Assembly: GCA_963662715.1 (NCBI GenBank)
Contig: OY759724.1
Span: 1,690,662 to 1,754,661 of the forward strand
DNA: 64,000 nt
Direction: 5' to 3'
Source of the DNA: Candidatus Omnitrophota bacterium
GTDB taxonomy: Bacteria; Omnitrophota; Gorgyraeia; Zapsychrales; JANLHA01
Each line of letters opens with the position of its first letter. Position 1 is the stretch's first letter. The position numbers were made by a program, and so were the translations under genes. Below, piece by piece: positions 1-9,750 of this stretch. The notes under the pieces were generated by a model. The model ran no database searches. It had not been told where the DNA came from and was given only the letters and a program-made list of their open reading frames with translations.

Positions 1-345
1 AAAAACATGTATCAGATGGCTTATCATGCCCTTGACCTCTTGAGTCAGAATGAGATGGCGGCGTTCGGCAGGCTGCTGGATGAATCCTGGCAGATTAAAA
101 GAAGTCTTTCTGACAGGATTTCAACGCCCTATGTCGATGATATGTACGCGGCTGCCCGAAAGGCCGGCGCGGTCGGAGGTAAATTGTTGGGTGCCGGCGG
201 AGGCGGATTTCTGCTGCTTTTTGTCCCTCCTCAACGCCAAAAAAAGGTCCGGGAGAGATTGAAGAAATCCCTCTTGATTCCTTTTAAATTTGAAGATTTG
301 GGTTCGCAAATTATTTTTTATCAGCCTTACAGCGGAAGAGTCTAG
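1..345 (+). CDS. GHMP-family sugar kinase, C-terminal fragment (HddA-like D-glycero-D-manno-heptose 7-phosphate kinase candidate); 5' end lies outside window
   Basis: GHMP kinase C-terminal glycine-rich motif LGAGGGGF; next gene 10 nt downstream is a sugar-1-P nucleotidyltransferase. Confidence 0.6.
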   Translation, partial: KNMYQMAYHALDLLSQNEMAAFGRLLDESWQIKRSLSDRISTPYVDDMYAAARKAGAVGGKLLGAGGGGFLLLFVPPQRQKKVRERLKKSLLIPFKFEDLGSQIIFYQPYSGRV

Positions 346-355
346 TCCGACCGTC

Positions 356-1111
356 ATGTCCGAATCATTGAATCGCGTGAGACATTTGGAAAAAATCGAT
401 GCCGTTATCTTGGCCGGCGGCTTAGGGACGAGATTGCGGTCCGTTGTCGGGCCTTCACAGAAGACAATGGCTTCGATCGGAGAGCGGCCTTTCTTAGACC
501 TACTTTTAGAGTATTTAAAAAAACAGCTCTTTTCACGTATTATCTTGTGCACGGGGTATCAGGCCGATGCGATTGAGCGTTATTACCGTAAGTCTTCCCC
601 GGGATTGGATATTGTCTTTTCCCGCGAAGAGAGCCCGCTGGGAACTGGGGGCGCCGTGAAAAAGGCGGAGGCTCTTATCCGCAGCGATCCTTTTTTTGTC
701 CTGAACGGAGATTCCTGGTGCGAAGTGGATTATAGGGCCTTGCTGGCTTTTCATCTGAAGGAGCAGGCCGTGGCCACTTTAACGTTGTCGCGGGTAAAAG
801 ACAGCAGGGATTTCGGCCGGGTTCTTCTTGGTAACGACGCGAGGGTTGTCCGCTTTCAGGAAAAATCCGGTCCGGCTGAACCTGAGGCCGCAAGAGCTTC
901 TGCTCCGGTGTATGTGAGTGCCGGGGTTTATTGTTTTGATAAAAACATATTTTCCCTGATGCCCCGGCAGGAATGTTTCTCCATAGAACGGGACCTGTTC
1001 CCTCATGTTCTGCAGCAGCGCGTCTACGGGTTTACGGATGCCGGAGATTTTATGGATATTGGTACCCCGGAAAGATATGAAGAGGCGAAAAGAAAATTAA
1101 CTGATAATTGA
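356..1111 (+). CDS. sugar-phosphate nucleotidyltransferase (HddC-like heptose-1-phosphate guanylyltransferase candidate)
   Basis: N-terminal AVILAGGLGTRLR nucleotidyltransferase motif; ORF-track start 290 overlaps upstream gene, trimmed to ATG 356 just after upstream stop. Confidence 0.65.
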   Translation: MSESLNRVRHLEKIDAVILAGGLGTRLRSVVGPSQKTMASIGERPFLDLLLEYLKKQLFSRIILCTGYQADAIERYYRKSSPGLDIVFSREESPLGTGGAVKKAEALIRSDPFFVLNGDSWCEVDYRALLAFHLKEQAVATLTLSRVKDSRDFGRVLLGNDARVVRFQEKSGPAEPEAARASAPVYVSAGVYCFDKNIFSLMPRQECFSIERDLFPHVLQQRVYGFTDAGDFMDIGTPERYEEAKRKLTDN

Positions 1112-1114
1112 AAT

Positions 1115-2335
1115 TTGCCGTTTAATCGTTTCGGTTTTTGCATAAGAAAGGCAGGGAGTATTTTGGACCCACAAAAAGAACAGAGCATTGAAGTTAAAAC
1201 CCAGTATAAAGTCCCGTTCGGCACAGTCTCTATCACGGAAGAGGCCAAGGCTCTCATTCATGAGGCCCTGGAAACAAAATTTGTCACCCGGGGAAAATAT
1301 GTGGCGGAATTCGAGAACCTGTTTGCCAAATTATTTAAAAATAAATTTGCCGTTGCGGTATCCAGCGGCACGGACGCGGACGCCATTTCTTTAGCGGCCT
1401 TATATGATTTCGGGGCGGAGCGGGGGGATGAAATTATTGTCCCGGCGCTGTCTTTTGTCGCGACCGGGAATTCTGTTTTGCAGGCGGGGTTCAAGCCTGT
1501 TTTTGTTGATATCAAAAAGGAAACATTGAATATTGATGTGGATAAGATTGAAGCTGCCATAACAGAACGGACCCGTGCTATCATGCCCGTTCACCTCATG
1601 GGCAAGCCGGCGGATATGGATCCGATCATGGCTATAGCGGAAAAACATCGCCTCTTTGTGATTGAAGACGCCGCCGAAGCCCACGGGGCAGAGTACCGGG
1701 GGCGACTGATCGGCACGATTGGGCAAATGGCGGCTTTCAGCCTTTATGCCGCCCATATCGTGACCTCGATTGAAGGCGGGATGATCGTCACAAATGATGA
1801 AAGAATCGCCGAAGCCCTGCGGTCTCTCCGGAATCACGGTATTGTCAATAAATTTGAATTCCGGCGTATCGGGTTTTCCGCTAAAATGAATGAAATCGAG
1901 GCTGCTGTGGGTATCGGGAATATTAAAATGTTTGATAATATCCTGGATACCAGAAGGCGTAATCTGCTTTACCTTATCGAGCATTTCAGGAAATTTGAAC
2001 CTTATTTTATAACTCTGAAAGAAGAGGAAGGCGAAAAGATCGGCCCGCACGCTTTTTCGATTATTCTGCGGGAGGGATGCAACTTTACTAAGGATGAGAT
2101 GGTTGCTTTTCTTGACGGGGAAGGCGTGGATTCCCGTAATTTGTTTTATTCGATGCCAACGCAATGTCCGAGTTATGCGTTTCTCGGTTATAAGCTGGGG
2201 GACTTCCCGGAAGCCGAGTATTGCGGCGAACATGGATTCCATATCGGAATTCATCAGGATATCGGGTTGCCGCAGCTGGATTACACCGTGGAAGCGATTG
2301 AGAAATTTTTGAATTCCAAAGGCATTTTTTGCTGA
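1115..2335 (+). CDS. DegT/DnrJ/EryC1/StrS-family PLP-dependent sugar aminotransferase
   Basis: Family-typical motifs (SSGTDA, AAEAHGA, FSxxxxK region); start uncertain (possible TTG near 1163). Confidence 0.7.
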   Translation: MPFNRFGFCIRKAGSILDPQKEQSIEVKTQYKVPFGTVSITEEAKALIHEALETKFVTRGKYVAEFENLFAKLFKNKFAVAVSSGTDADAISLAALYDFGAERGDEIIVPALSFVATGNSVLQAGFKPVFVDIKKETLNIDVDKIEAAITERTRAIMPVHLMGKPADMDPIMAIAEKHRLFVIEDAAEAHGAEYRGRLIGTIGQMAAFSLYAAHIVTSIEGGMIVTNDERIAEALRSLRNHGIVNKFEFRRIGFSAKMNEIEAAVGIGNIKMFDNILDTRRRNLLYLIEHFRKFEPYFITLKEEEGEKIGPHAFSIILREGCNFTKDEMVAFLDGEGVDSRNLFYSMPTQCPSYAFLGYKLGDFPEAEYCGEHGFHIGIHQDIGLPQLDYTVEAIEKFLNSKGIFC

Positions 2336-2370
2336 AATTTTTATCATCCTCCCTTACGGTACTACCTGTT

Positions 2371-3489
2371 ATGCGTATAGCCATAAACTGCCGGTCGTTT
2401 TTAAAAAAGAATGTGACGGGTATAGGCCGATATGCCTTAAACCTTGTGCAATCGCTGAGTGAGATTGACCGGGATAACGAATACTGGCTTTACGCCCCCA
2501 AAAAGGTCGTTGACCTGAAACGGCGTATCCCGCGTTTTCCGCAGAACAATTTTAAAATTAAGACAAATTATTTTAACCGCGGTCTTAATGATATTCTGCA
2601 GGGAGCGGAGCTGTACCATTCCCCTAGCCTGGATTTTGTCGACTTTACGGGGGGGAAAGTCGTTGTCACGGTGCATGATCTTATTTATAAAGTTTACCCC
2701 CAGGGGCATACACCGCAGACGTGTGAGATTTGCGAACGGCAGATGCAGGATATCGTTCGACGGGCCGATAAGATCATCTGCGTCTCGCAGACAACCAGCG
2801 GCGACCTGCAGAAATTTTTTCCCTTGGCACCGGATAAGATATCTGTCGTTTATCAAGGCGTCGATAAGAATGTTTTTTCCCCTTTGCTCCCCGAGCACCT
2901 GTCCCGGGCCCGGCGGGCTGTCTCGGAAAGAGGGGTGGACGGCCCTTTTTTGCTTTTTGTCGGCACATTGGAGCCCCGCAAAAATGTCTATGCTTTGCTC
3001 GAGGCCTTTGAAATGATAAAAGAAAAGAAAGCCTTTGACGGCCGGTTAGTGCTTATCGGCATGAAAGGCTGGATGGCGGAAAAGCTGAAAGAAATGCTGT
3101 CCCGCATGAAGGCCAGAGAAGACGTGCTGTTCCCGGGTTTTGTTTCGGATCAGGAATTGAGATGCTTTTATAACCTGGCAGAAGTTTTTATTTATCCTTC
3201 TTTTTATGAAGGATTCGGTTTCCCGGTGTTGGAGGCTTTCTGCTGCGGAGCGCCTGTTGTTACGTCCAATATCTCCGCCTGTGCTGAAGTGGCGGCTGAC
3301 GCTGCCGTGACGGTGGATCCGTCCTCTCCGGAAGATATCGCGGGGGCGATTATCAATCTTGTTAAGAACAGGGAGCAAAGAGATGTTCTGAAACAAAAAG
3401 CCCTGCGCCGGGCGGAAAATTTTTCTTTCCGTAAGACCGCTGCAGAAACCCTGGCTGTCTATCGTCATGTTTGCGCCGGGGACAGATAA
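2371..3489 (+). CDS. glycosyltransferase, GT-B fold (family 1/4)
   Basis: EGFGFPVLEAFCCGAPVVTSN motif typical of GT4; start trimmed to MRIAIN. Confidence 0.7.
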   Translation: MRIAINCRSFLKKNVTGIGRYALNLVQSLSEIDRDNEYWLYAPKKVVDLKRRIPRFPQNNFKIKTNYFNRGLNDILQGAELYHSPSLDFVDFTGGKVVVTVHDLIYKVYPQGHTPQTCEICERQMQDIVRRADKIICVSQTTSGDLQKFFPLAPDKISVVYQGVDKNVFSPLLPEHLSRARRAVSERGVDGPFLLFVGTLEPRKNVYALLEAFEMIKEKKAFDGRLVLIGMKGWMAEKLKEMLSRMKAREDVLFPGFVSDQELRCFYNLAEVFIYPSFYEGFGFPVLEAFCCGAPVVTSNISACAEVAADAAVTVDPSSPEDIAGAIINLVKNREQRDVLKQKALRRAENFSFRKTAAETLAVYRHVCAGDR

Positions 3490-3583
3490 ATGAACTTTTG
3501 TCCGGGGGCATTTGGCGGGGCCCCGGAGTAAAGTTGTTAAGATACAGAGGTTGTGACGCATCAAAAAAAGATAAAGGGGTCAA

Positions 3584-4426
3584 ATGAAAATCAGCGGATT
3601 TACGATTGCCAGAAATGCGGTGAAATTTCAATACCCGATTCTTGAGTCCATCCGGTCAGTTCTGCCTCTTTGTGATGAGATGGTCGTCAATGTGGGGGAT
3701 TCGGAGGACGCCACCCTAGAGCTTATTCAGTCCATAGGTGATCCCAAAATAAAAATATTGCGAAATACCTGGGATATGTCCTTAGGTAAAGAAGTTTTGT
3801 CCGTGCAGACGAATCTGGCCCTGCAGGCCTGCCAGGGGGACTGGGCGGTTTATCTGCAGTCCGATGAAGTTCTGCATGAAAAAGATTTGCCGGTATTGAA
3901 GAAGTGCATGGAGAAGTTTTTGTTCCAGGATGATGTTGACGCCTTGCGTTTTCGCTGGATGCATTTCTACGGAAGCTATCACAGGTACAGGATTGACCGG
4001 GGATGGTATCAGAAGCAGGACCGTATTATCCGGAATAATGGGCAGATTGAATCGTTCGGTGATGCTTATAGTTTCAGGCGGAAAGACGGCCAACCTTTGC
4101 GGCGCAGGAACACACGGTGCCTTCTCTATCATTACGGGTGGGTTCACTCCGAAGAAATCATGGCCCAAAGGAATAGTAATGCCAAAGAGATCGGGTATGC
4201 TTCTGCCAATCAGGCCGACGGGCCGGAGAAATATTCTTACGGAGATTTGAACCGTTTCCCGGCTTATTTCGGTTCGCATCCGGAGGTTATGAAAGAAAGA
4301 ATCGCCGCTCACCTGTTAAGCCGGGAAGACGGACAGGTGATCCGGCGAAAATACTGGTGGCATCCCATGAAGATGTTGAAAGTCCGGTATAAAACATTTA
4401 AGCGTTGCAAGACAAGAATAACTTGA
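3584..4426 (+). CDS. GT-A-like (family 2-like) glycosyltransferase, putative
   Basis: N-terminal ISGFTIARNA and YLQSDE (DxD-like) motifs; weaker call. Confidence 0.45.
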   Translation: MKISGFTIARNAVKFQYPILESIRSVLPLCDEMVVNVGDSEDATLELIQSIGDPKIKILRNTWDMSLGKEVLSVQTNLALQACQGDWAVYLQSDEVLHEKDLPVLKKCMEKFLFQDDVDALRFRWMHFYGSYHRYRIDRGWYQKQDRIIRNNGQIESFGDAYSFRRKDGQPLRRRNTRCLLYHYGWVHSEEIMAQRNSNAKEIGYASANQADGPEKYSYGDLNRFPAYFGSHPEVMKERIAAHLLSREDGQVIRRKYWWHPMKMLKVRYKTFKRCKTRIT

Positions 4427-5932
4427 ATGATCGTCCAATTTTATAATTATCCGTCTTTTCTGCGTCATCGTTTCTTATGGTTCAGCTTTTTCTTCTTTTT
4501 TGTTTTAGCGTTATTTTTCTCGGCGACAACCTCCCTTTATGCTCAGGGTGTTGCGGAGCCCTCCCGGGAAAATGAGGAACGGCCCGACAAACGAAATGCC
4601 CCTGCGGCAACCGCTCCCGGGACGTTTTTTACCTACCCGAAGGAAGACGGGACGGGAAAATATATCATCTCTACAGATGCTTTAAGGGAAGAGCTTTTTC
4701 TTAAGCGGAGCCAAGAGTCCGGCCGTTTGTCCCAGGAAGCCATGAAATTGATGCGGCAGCGTAAGATAGAAGAAGCCCGAAAGGTTTTGTGGAACGCCTT
4801 GGCGTTTGCCCCTAATAATTCTTTAGCTTATTCTTTGCTGGCACAGATTTATTTCTGGAAAGGTGAAGAGGACCAGGCCTTTCAAGTCCTGGAGCAGGCG
4901 GGGAGATACCTTGTTAAAGGAGACGTTGTTTACGGCTTTCTGGACCGGGCGTTGATTTTCTTCCAAAAGCAGCAAAAGGCGGATCCTCCGTATCCGTTAG
5001 TTTCCGTTGCGACGTTTAAAGATAATAAGCGGTGTGCGTTATCTTTTAACTTCGACGACGGCTCCAAGAGTGTTTATTCCGTGGTCCTGCCGATTTTCGA
5101 TAGGTTCGGATATAAGACCACAATTTTTATCAATCCTGGATGGACGACGGACACCCCCAGTAATCCTTATTACGGCAGTTGGGAGGAGTGGCGGGATGCC
5201 TATTCCCGCGGGCATGAAATCGGAAATCATTCGATGAACCACCGCTATCTAACGGATCTCCCGGAGGATATCTTTGCGGCGGAGATATCCGAAAGTTATA
5301 ATGCCATTGTAAAGAAAATCGGGAAAGCCCCACTCTCCTTTGCCTTCCCTTTTGACCAGTCCACCCCCGGGATGGTCGGAAAAGTTGCGGAGACTCATCA
5401 TGCCATCCGGGAAAGACAGTATTTAAAAAAAATACATGAGAACGTTTTTCTCCCGGTTTACGGAGGAGATAAATTCTCTTCTTCCGTGGGGCAAAAATTG
5501 ATCGACCTGGCTATTCTTAAACGTCTTTGGGTTGTGTCGGAATGTCATGCTGTTAAAACGGAAGAGGTCATGACATTCAAACCCATTACGATCGAATTCC
5601 TGGAAGATCATTTATCATATATCAAAGAACGGGAAGATAGGATTTGGGTTGATACTTTTGCCCAAACTTATTTATATCTCACGGAGAGACAGGCGAGCCG
5701 GATTAAGATATTGGAGCACCGGCCCGGCCGGGTCTTGTTTGTTTTGGATCATGGTTTAGATAAAAGCCTTTACAATGTCCCGCTGACGGTGATCGTCGAC
5801 GCTTCTCCGGATTATCCTGATGCCGTCACGGTCAGACAGGGCCGAACGTTGCTGCCGGCGGATATAAAAGGGAATCTTGTCCTTATTAACATTGTTCCTG
5901 CCCCTGTCCCGGTCCTGGTCCGCTGGAAATAG
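4427..5932 (+). CDS. secreted TPR-repeat protein fused to polysaccharide deacetylase (NodB/CE4) domain
   Basis: Hydrophobic N-terminus, TPR-like region, then CALSFNFDDG ... GHEIGNHSMNH NodB motifs. Confidence 0.6.
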   Translation: MIVQFYNYPSFLRHRFLWFSFFFFFVLALFFSATTSLYAQGVAEPSRENEERPDKRNAPAATAPGTFFTYPKEDGTGKYIISTDALREELFLKRSQESGRLSQEAMKLMRQRKIEEARKVLWNALAFAPNNSLAYSLLAQIYFWKGEEDQAFQVLEQAGRYLVKGDVVYGFLDRALIFFQKQQKADPPYPLVSVATFKDNKRCALSFNFDDGSKSVYSVVLPIFDRFGYKTTIFINPGWTTDTPSNPYYGSWEEWRDAYSRGHEIGNHSMNHRYLTDLPEDIFAAEISESYNAIVKKIGKAPLSFAFPFDQSTPGMVGKVAETHHAIRERQYLKKIHENVFLPVYGGDKFSSSVGQKLIDLAILKRLWVVSECHAVKTEEVMTFKPITIEFLEDHLSYIKEREDRIWVDTFAQTYLYLTERQASRIKILEHRPGRVLFVLDHGLDKSLYNVPLTVIVDASPDYPDAVTVRQGRTLLPADIKGNLVLINIVPAPVPVLVRWK

Positions 5933-6070
5933 CGGGTATGGCGTTCCCGATCTGGTGCGGATGTTGTTTAGCCGGATTCTCTGGAAATGATAAAAGCTGT
6001 TGAAAAAATATTTTCATTTTAGTAGGCTATTTATAATGACCTGTTAATTTTTTATGGCAAGGAGGGTACT

Positions 6071-6394
6071 ATGGCTCGCAGTGATGATGAGGTGAAGGGC
6101 ATTTTTTTGGAAATTCTCAAGCAGGCAGGGGTCACCCGCAGCATCAATGATGTGTATTACCGGGACGATTACCAGGATTACCGCGTGATTGTTGATGACG
6201 TTCACCGCTGTGAAATCAGGGAAAAACTGGTGGATGATTATTGCGAGTTTCATCATAAAGACACGTTTAATGAAATTTGCTATCTTATAGAGCATGCGGT
6301 GTTCGATGAAGAACTGGAGTTTGAAAGAAACCTTGTGAATGACGAGGGGAGTGACGGCATGATTACGGATGATAATAAATATGATTTTTTGTAA
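6071..6394 (+). CDS. hypothetical small acidic protein (107 aa)
   Basis: Strong SD GGCAAGGAGGG 6 nt upstream of ATG; no recognisable domain. Confidence 0.45.
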   Translation: MARSDDEVKGIFLEILKQAGVTRSINDVYYRDDYQDYRVIVDDVHRCEIREKLVDDYCEFHHKDTFNEICYLIEHAVFDEELEFERNLVNDEGSDGMITDDNKYDFL

Positions 6395-6431
6395 TAAGAC
6401 GATGTCCCGGTAACCACTATAAAAGAGCCTC

Positions 6432-6623
6432 ATGTCAAAAAAGAAGAAAAAAGTTATTTGGCATAAAAAACAGGGCAAATTTATCCCCTCATCGCTTCTT
6501 AAATCCCGGGATCCTTCTTCCTCCAACCCATCTTCCTGCCAGGACTCGGGGCAGGTTTCTCGAAAGATCGCTTTCAAAAAAAAGCTGACGGAACAGATCA
6601 AACGGGCAGCGAAGTCGGCGTAA
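6432..6623 (+). CDS. hypothetical small lysine-rich protein (63 aa), doubtful
   Basis: ORF only; N-terminal KKKKK; could be non-coding. Confidence 0.2.
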   Translation: MSKKKKKVIWHKKQGKFIPSSLLKSRDPSSSNPSSCQDSGQVSRKIAFKKKLTEQIKRAAKSA

Positions 6624-6632
6624 AATTTTCTA

Positions 6633-8126
6633 ATGAACAGATCCTTTTTAAAATATGGCGTATGGAGCTTATGCGTGGCCTCGGTTTTTTTGAATGTTTT
6701 GAGCCTTCATCCGGGGCATAACTGGGGAGGGGACTTTGCTCAATATATCCTGCATGCGCGTAATTTGGCGACGGGCCGGCCTTATTCTGCGGGTATTATG
6801 TTGGATAACCGGGTTCTTTTTCCTCCGGGCTTCCCGTGTCTGTTGATGCCGGTCATAAAAATATTCGGCCTCAATTTAAAGTTGATGAAGTTGTGGAATA
6901 TCCTTTTCTGGTATGGGGCTGTATGGCTTTTGTCCCGTTTCGTGACGGGGCAGTTCTCTAAAAGAATCTCGTCTTTATATGTTCTGCTGTTTTGTTTTAG
7001 CGCCTATTTTTTCTCTTTTAAACAGAATGTCCTCTCTGATGTCCCGTTTGTGTTTTTTGTTTTAGCAACGCTGGCGATGTTTTCCGAATATGAGAAGAAT
7101 ATCGGACGGCCTTTCCCCGGGAGACCGTCCTGGTTGACCCTGAGTCTGGCTGTGGCGTCTTTGTCGATAGCTTTTTGTCTGCGCGCCGCCGGGGTGGCTT
7201 TGGTTTTCGCCGTTATATATTATTTTATGGTCATCCGGAGGAGGATCAAACTCGCTGTTTTTCTCCTGGGCGTTTTCTCGGGGCTGTTTGTGTTTTTGAA
7301 TCTTACCGTCGGATCGGCCCCCGGAGACATTTTGATCCTGCTCGAACAGCCTCTTTCGGCTTTGGAGTCTATTGGGCAGAATTACCCCCTGATGATCAGA
7401 AGTCTCTGGGTTCTGTCTTTCCCTGTTCAGTCCAAGCTGTCTCTCGCTCTCTATCTGGGGGTTCTCCCGGCCCTGGATGTTTTGGCGCTTGTCTTTTATG
7501 TCGGGTTTTGTTGCTGTTTTGCGTATCGGTCTTTTGAAAAAAGACTTTCGCTGCCGGAGACTTTTTGTTTCTTTTATTTTCTGCTTCTTCTGATCGGTTC
7601 GGCATTTGCTAATACCCCAGGGGAGTTCGCCCGATTCGTTTTGCCGCTTTGGGGATTTTTTTTAATGGCCTTTATGAAAGGGCTGTTATGGATAGGAGAA
7701 AACCCCCGGGCATCCGTATTCCGGCGGGGGAGCATGAGCCGCTTCATTCAAGCTTGTTTGATTATGATGATCATCGCCAACATGGCCAACATTGTTGTCA
7801 CCTATCCGCACAAGGACGATGTCCTGTTTGAAAAGGAACAGCAGGAATTGTTCTCCTGGGTGAGGGGCCATTTGCGTCCGGAGGATCATTATATGTTCTG
7901 GCATCCCCGGACAATGGCGTTAATGACAGACCGCGTCGGAACCGACCGCTGGAATCATCCGTCGCAACAGGGACAGCTTGTTGAGAGGGTCCGCGACCTG
8001 GACATCCGTTATTTGATCCTTGACCGGGGAATAGACCGCGATCTTATTCTCTTGTTGGCTAAGGGATATCTTGACGCGGAACTTGTTTGGGAGAACCGGC
8101 AGTATCAAATTTTTGAAATTATGTGA
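6633..8126 (+). CDS. polytopic membrane glycosyltransferase (GT39/GT83 PMT/ArnT-like), putative
   Basis: About 10 predicted TM helices in N-terminal two thirds, soluble C-terminal domain; resembles ArnT/PMT-fold proteins. Confidence 0.45.
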   Translation: MNRSFLKYGVWSLCVASVFLNVLSLHPGHNWGGDFAQYILHARNLATGRPYSAGIMLDNRVLFPPGFPCLLMPVIKIFGLNLKLMKLWNILFWYGAVWLLSRFVTGQFSKRISSLYVLLFCFSAYFFSFKQNVLSDVPFVFFVLATLAMFSEYEKNIGRPFPGRPSWLTLSLAVASLSIAFCLRAAGVALVFAVIYYFMVIRRRIKLAVFLLGVFSGLFVFLNLTVGSAPGDILILLEQPLSALESIGQNYPLMIRSLWVLSFPVQSKLSLALYLGVLPALDVLALVFYVGFCCCFAYRSFEKRLSLPETFCFFYFLLLLIGSAFANTPGEFARFVLPLWGFFLMAFMKGLLWIGENPRASVFRRGSMSRFIQACLIMMIIANMANIVVTYPHKDDVLFEKEQQELFSWVRGHLRPEDHYMFWHPRTMALMTDRVGTDRWNHPSQQGQLVERVRDLDIRYLILDRGIDRDLILLLAKGYLDAELVWENRQYQIFEIM

Positions 8127-8219
8127 TACAATAAATATTCTGAAACGGAAAACAGCCCTTTGCAGCGGTTGGAAAAATTTTTTCTAATCTGAGAAACGAA
8201 AGGATCCGGGAAAATTTCT

Positions 8220-9122
8220 ATGGTCCATCAGCCACAGAACAGAGACGGAATCTCCTGGCGAGAGCGCGCTTATGAAATTATCTTCGGCACGGAAACAAAG
8301 GAAGGAAAAGCTTTTGATGTTTTTTTGTTATGGCTCATCCTGTCCAGTATTTTTGTCGTTATCCTGGAAAGCATGTCGGAACTGCGCGCTGTTTATGGGC
8401 CGATATTCAAAATTTTCGAATGGATCTTCACGCTGCTGTTTACGGCAGAATATCTCCTTCGCTTGCTGAGTATTAAAAAGCCTGTCTTATATGCGAGAAG
8501 TTTTTACGGGATCGTTGACCTGCTGGCCATTCTTCCTGCGTATCTCAGTCTTTTTGTCTCTGGCGCTCACTCGCTTTTAGTGATCCGGGCTTTGCGGCTG
8601 CTGCGTGTTTTCCGTATTTTTAAACTTGGCCGATATATTAAAGCGGGGCATTTGCTGTTAATTGCTTTAAAAGCCAGCAGAGCCAAAATTCTCGTGTTCC
8701 TGGGAGCTGTTTTAACTCTGGTTTTGCTGTTAGGAACGGCCATGTATCTTTTGGAGGGAGAAGAACATGGCTTTACGAGTATCCCTAAAAGCATGTATTG
8801 GGCCATTGTCACGTTAACGACCGTGGGCTATGGAGACATTGCCCCCAGGACGATCCTGGGCCAGATGCTCGCCTCTATTCTTATGGTTCTGGGGTATTCT
8901 ATTATTGCCGTGCCGACGGGATTTGTTTCCCTGGAAATGGCGGAAATGTCGCGGGCAGAAACAGAACATAGAGTCTGCGGCCACTGTTCTCTTAAAGGGC
9001 ATCAGCCGGACGCGGTCTTTTGCCGCAGGTGCGGCGAAAAATTAGGCGGAGGGACCTCTTCGCCGCGAGCAGACGAGGATCTTTCTGATAATACCCGGAA
9101 TGAGGCGGAACCTGAACCGTGA
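8220..9122 (+). CDS. voltage-gated potassium channel (6TM Kv-like) with C-terminal zinc-ribbon tail
   Basis: S4-like RALRLLRVFRIFKLGR, selectivity filter TTVGYGD, C-terminal CGHC...CRRCG. Confidence 0.75.
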   Translation: MVHQPQNRDGISWRERAYEIIFGTETKEGKAFDVFLLWLILSSIFVVILESMSELRAVYGPIFKIFEWIFTLLFTAEYLLRLLSIKKPVLYARSFYGIVDLLAILPAYLSLFVSGAHSLLVIRALRLLRVFRIFKLGRYIKAGHLLLIALKASRAKILVFLGAVLTLVLLLGTAMYLLEGEEHGFTSIPKSMYWAIVTLTTVGYGDIAPRTILGQMLASILMVLGYSIIAVPTGFVSLEMAEMSRAETEHRVCGHCSLKGHQPDAVFCRRCGEKLGGGTSSPRADEDLSDNTRNEAEPEP

Positions 9123-9736
9123 GTTTAAAACCGAAAATCACCGTTGAGAAAATCGCAGTTGTTGTTTTAATCCTTCTGCTGCTGGTCATCGCTTGGTTGA
9201 GATTCCGGCCGGCAAAATTCAAGCAGGACGTGACTGTCCCTTCCGAGCCCTGGCAGGAAAATATGGATGAAGGGGAGGTCTTTTATCACCTGGATTATGA
9301 GGTGACGCCGCTGGCTTCTTTTGAAATGGAAGGGCTTGTGCTGGGCGCTAAGCATTACAACTGGGGCCGTGCGGCCAAGCTTGTCCCCGTGGACTTGGCG
9401 CTCGGCTGGGGACCGATGTCAGACGGCCGTATTGTCAGTAAAATAGGCGTTCATCAGTATAACCGTTTTTATCATTGGTGGACCGACGGCCAGATAATCG
9501 ACCGGCGGGATGTTGAGACACACAGCGCCAATATGCACCTTATTCCGGCCGACGGAGCAATTGCTAAAAGGATCAAACGGGCTAAACGCGGCCAGGTTGT
9601 TTCCATTAAAGGGGCCCTCGTTAGCGTTAAAGGGGAGGACGGTTTTACCTGGACGTCGTCATTGACGCGGCAGGATATCGGGTTCGGGGCTTGCGAACTT
9701 ATCTGGGTGGAGGATTTTGCCGCCTGGAATCCCTGA
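9119..9736 (+). CDS. hypothetical membrane-anchored protein, translationally coupled to K channel
   Basis: GTG start overlapping channel stop (GTGA); single N-terminal TM helix. Confidence 0.5.
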   Translation: MSLKPKITVEKIAVVVLILLLLVIAWLRFRPAKFKQDVTVPSEPWQENMDEGEVFYHLDYEVTPLASFEMEGLVLGAKHYNWGRAAKLVPVDLALGWGPMSDGRIVSKIGVHQYNRFYHWWTDGQIIDRRDVETHSANMHLIPADGAIAKRIKRAKRGQVVSIKGALVSVKGEDGFTWTSSLTRQDIGFGACELIWVEDFAAWNP

Positions 9737-9750
9737 TGGTGGCGGGGATT

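Noticed and set aside
1400-2347. 315-aa minus-strand ORF
   Set aside because: Antisense to the DegT aminotransferase gene, which has clear family motifs.
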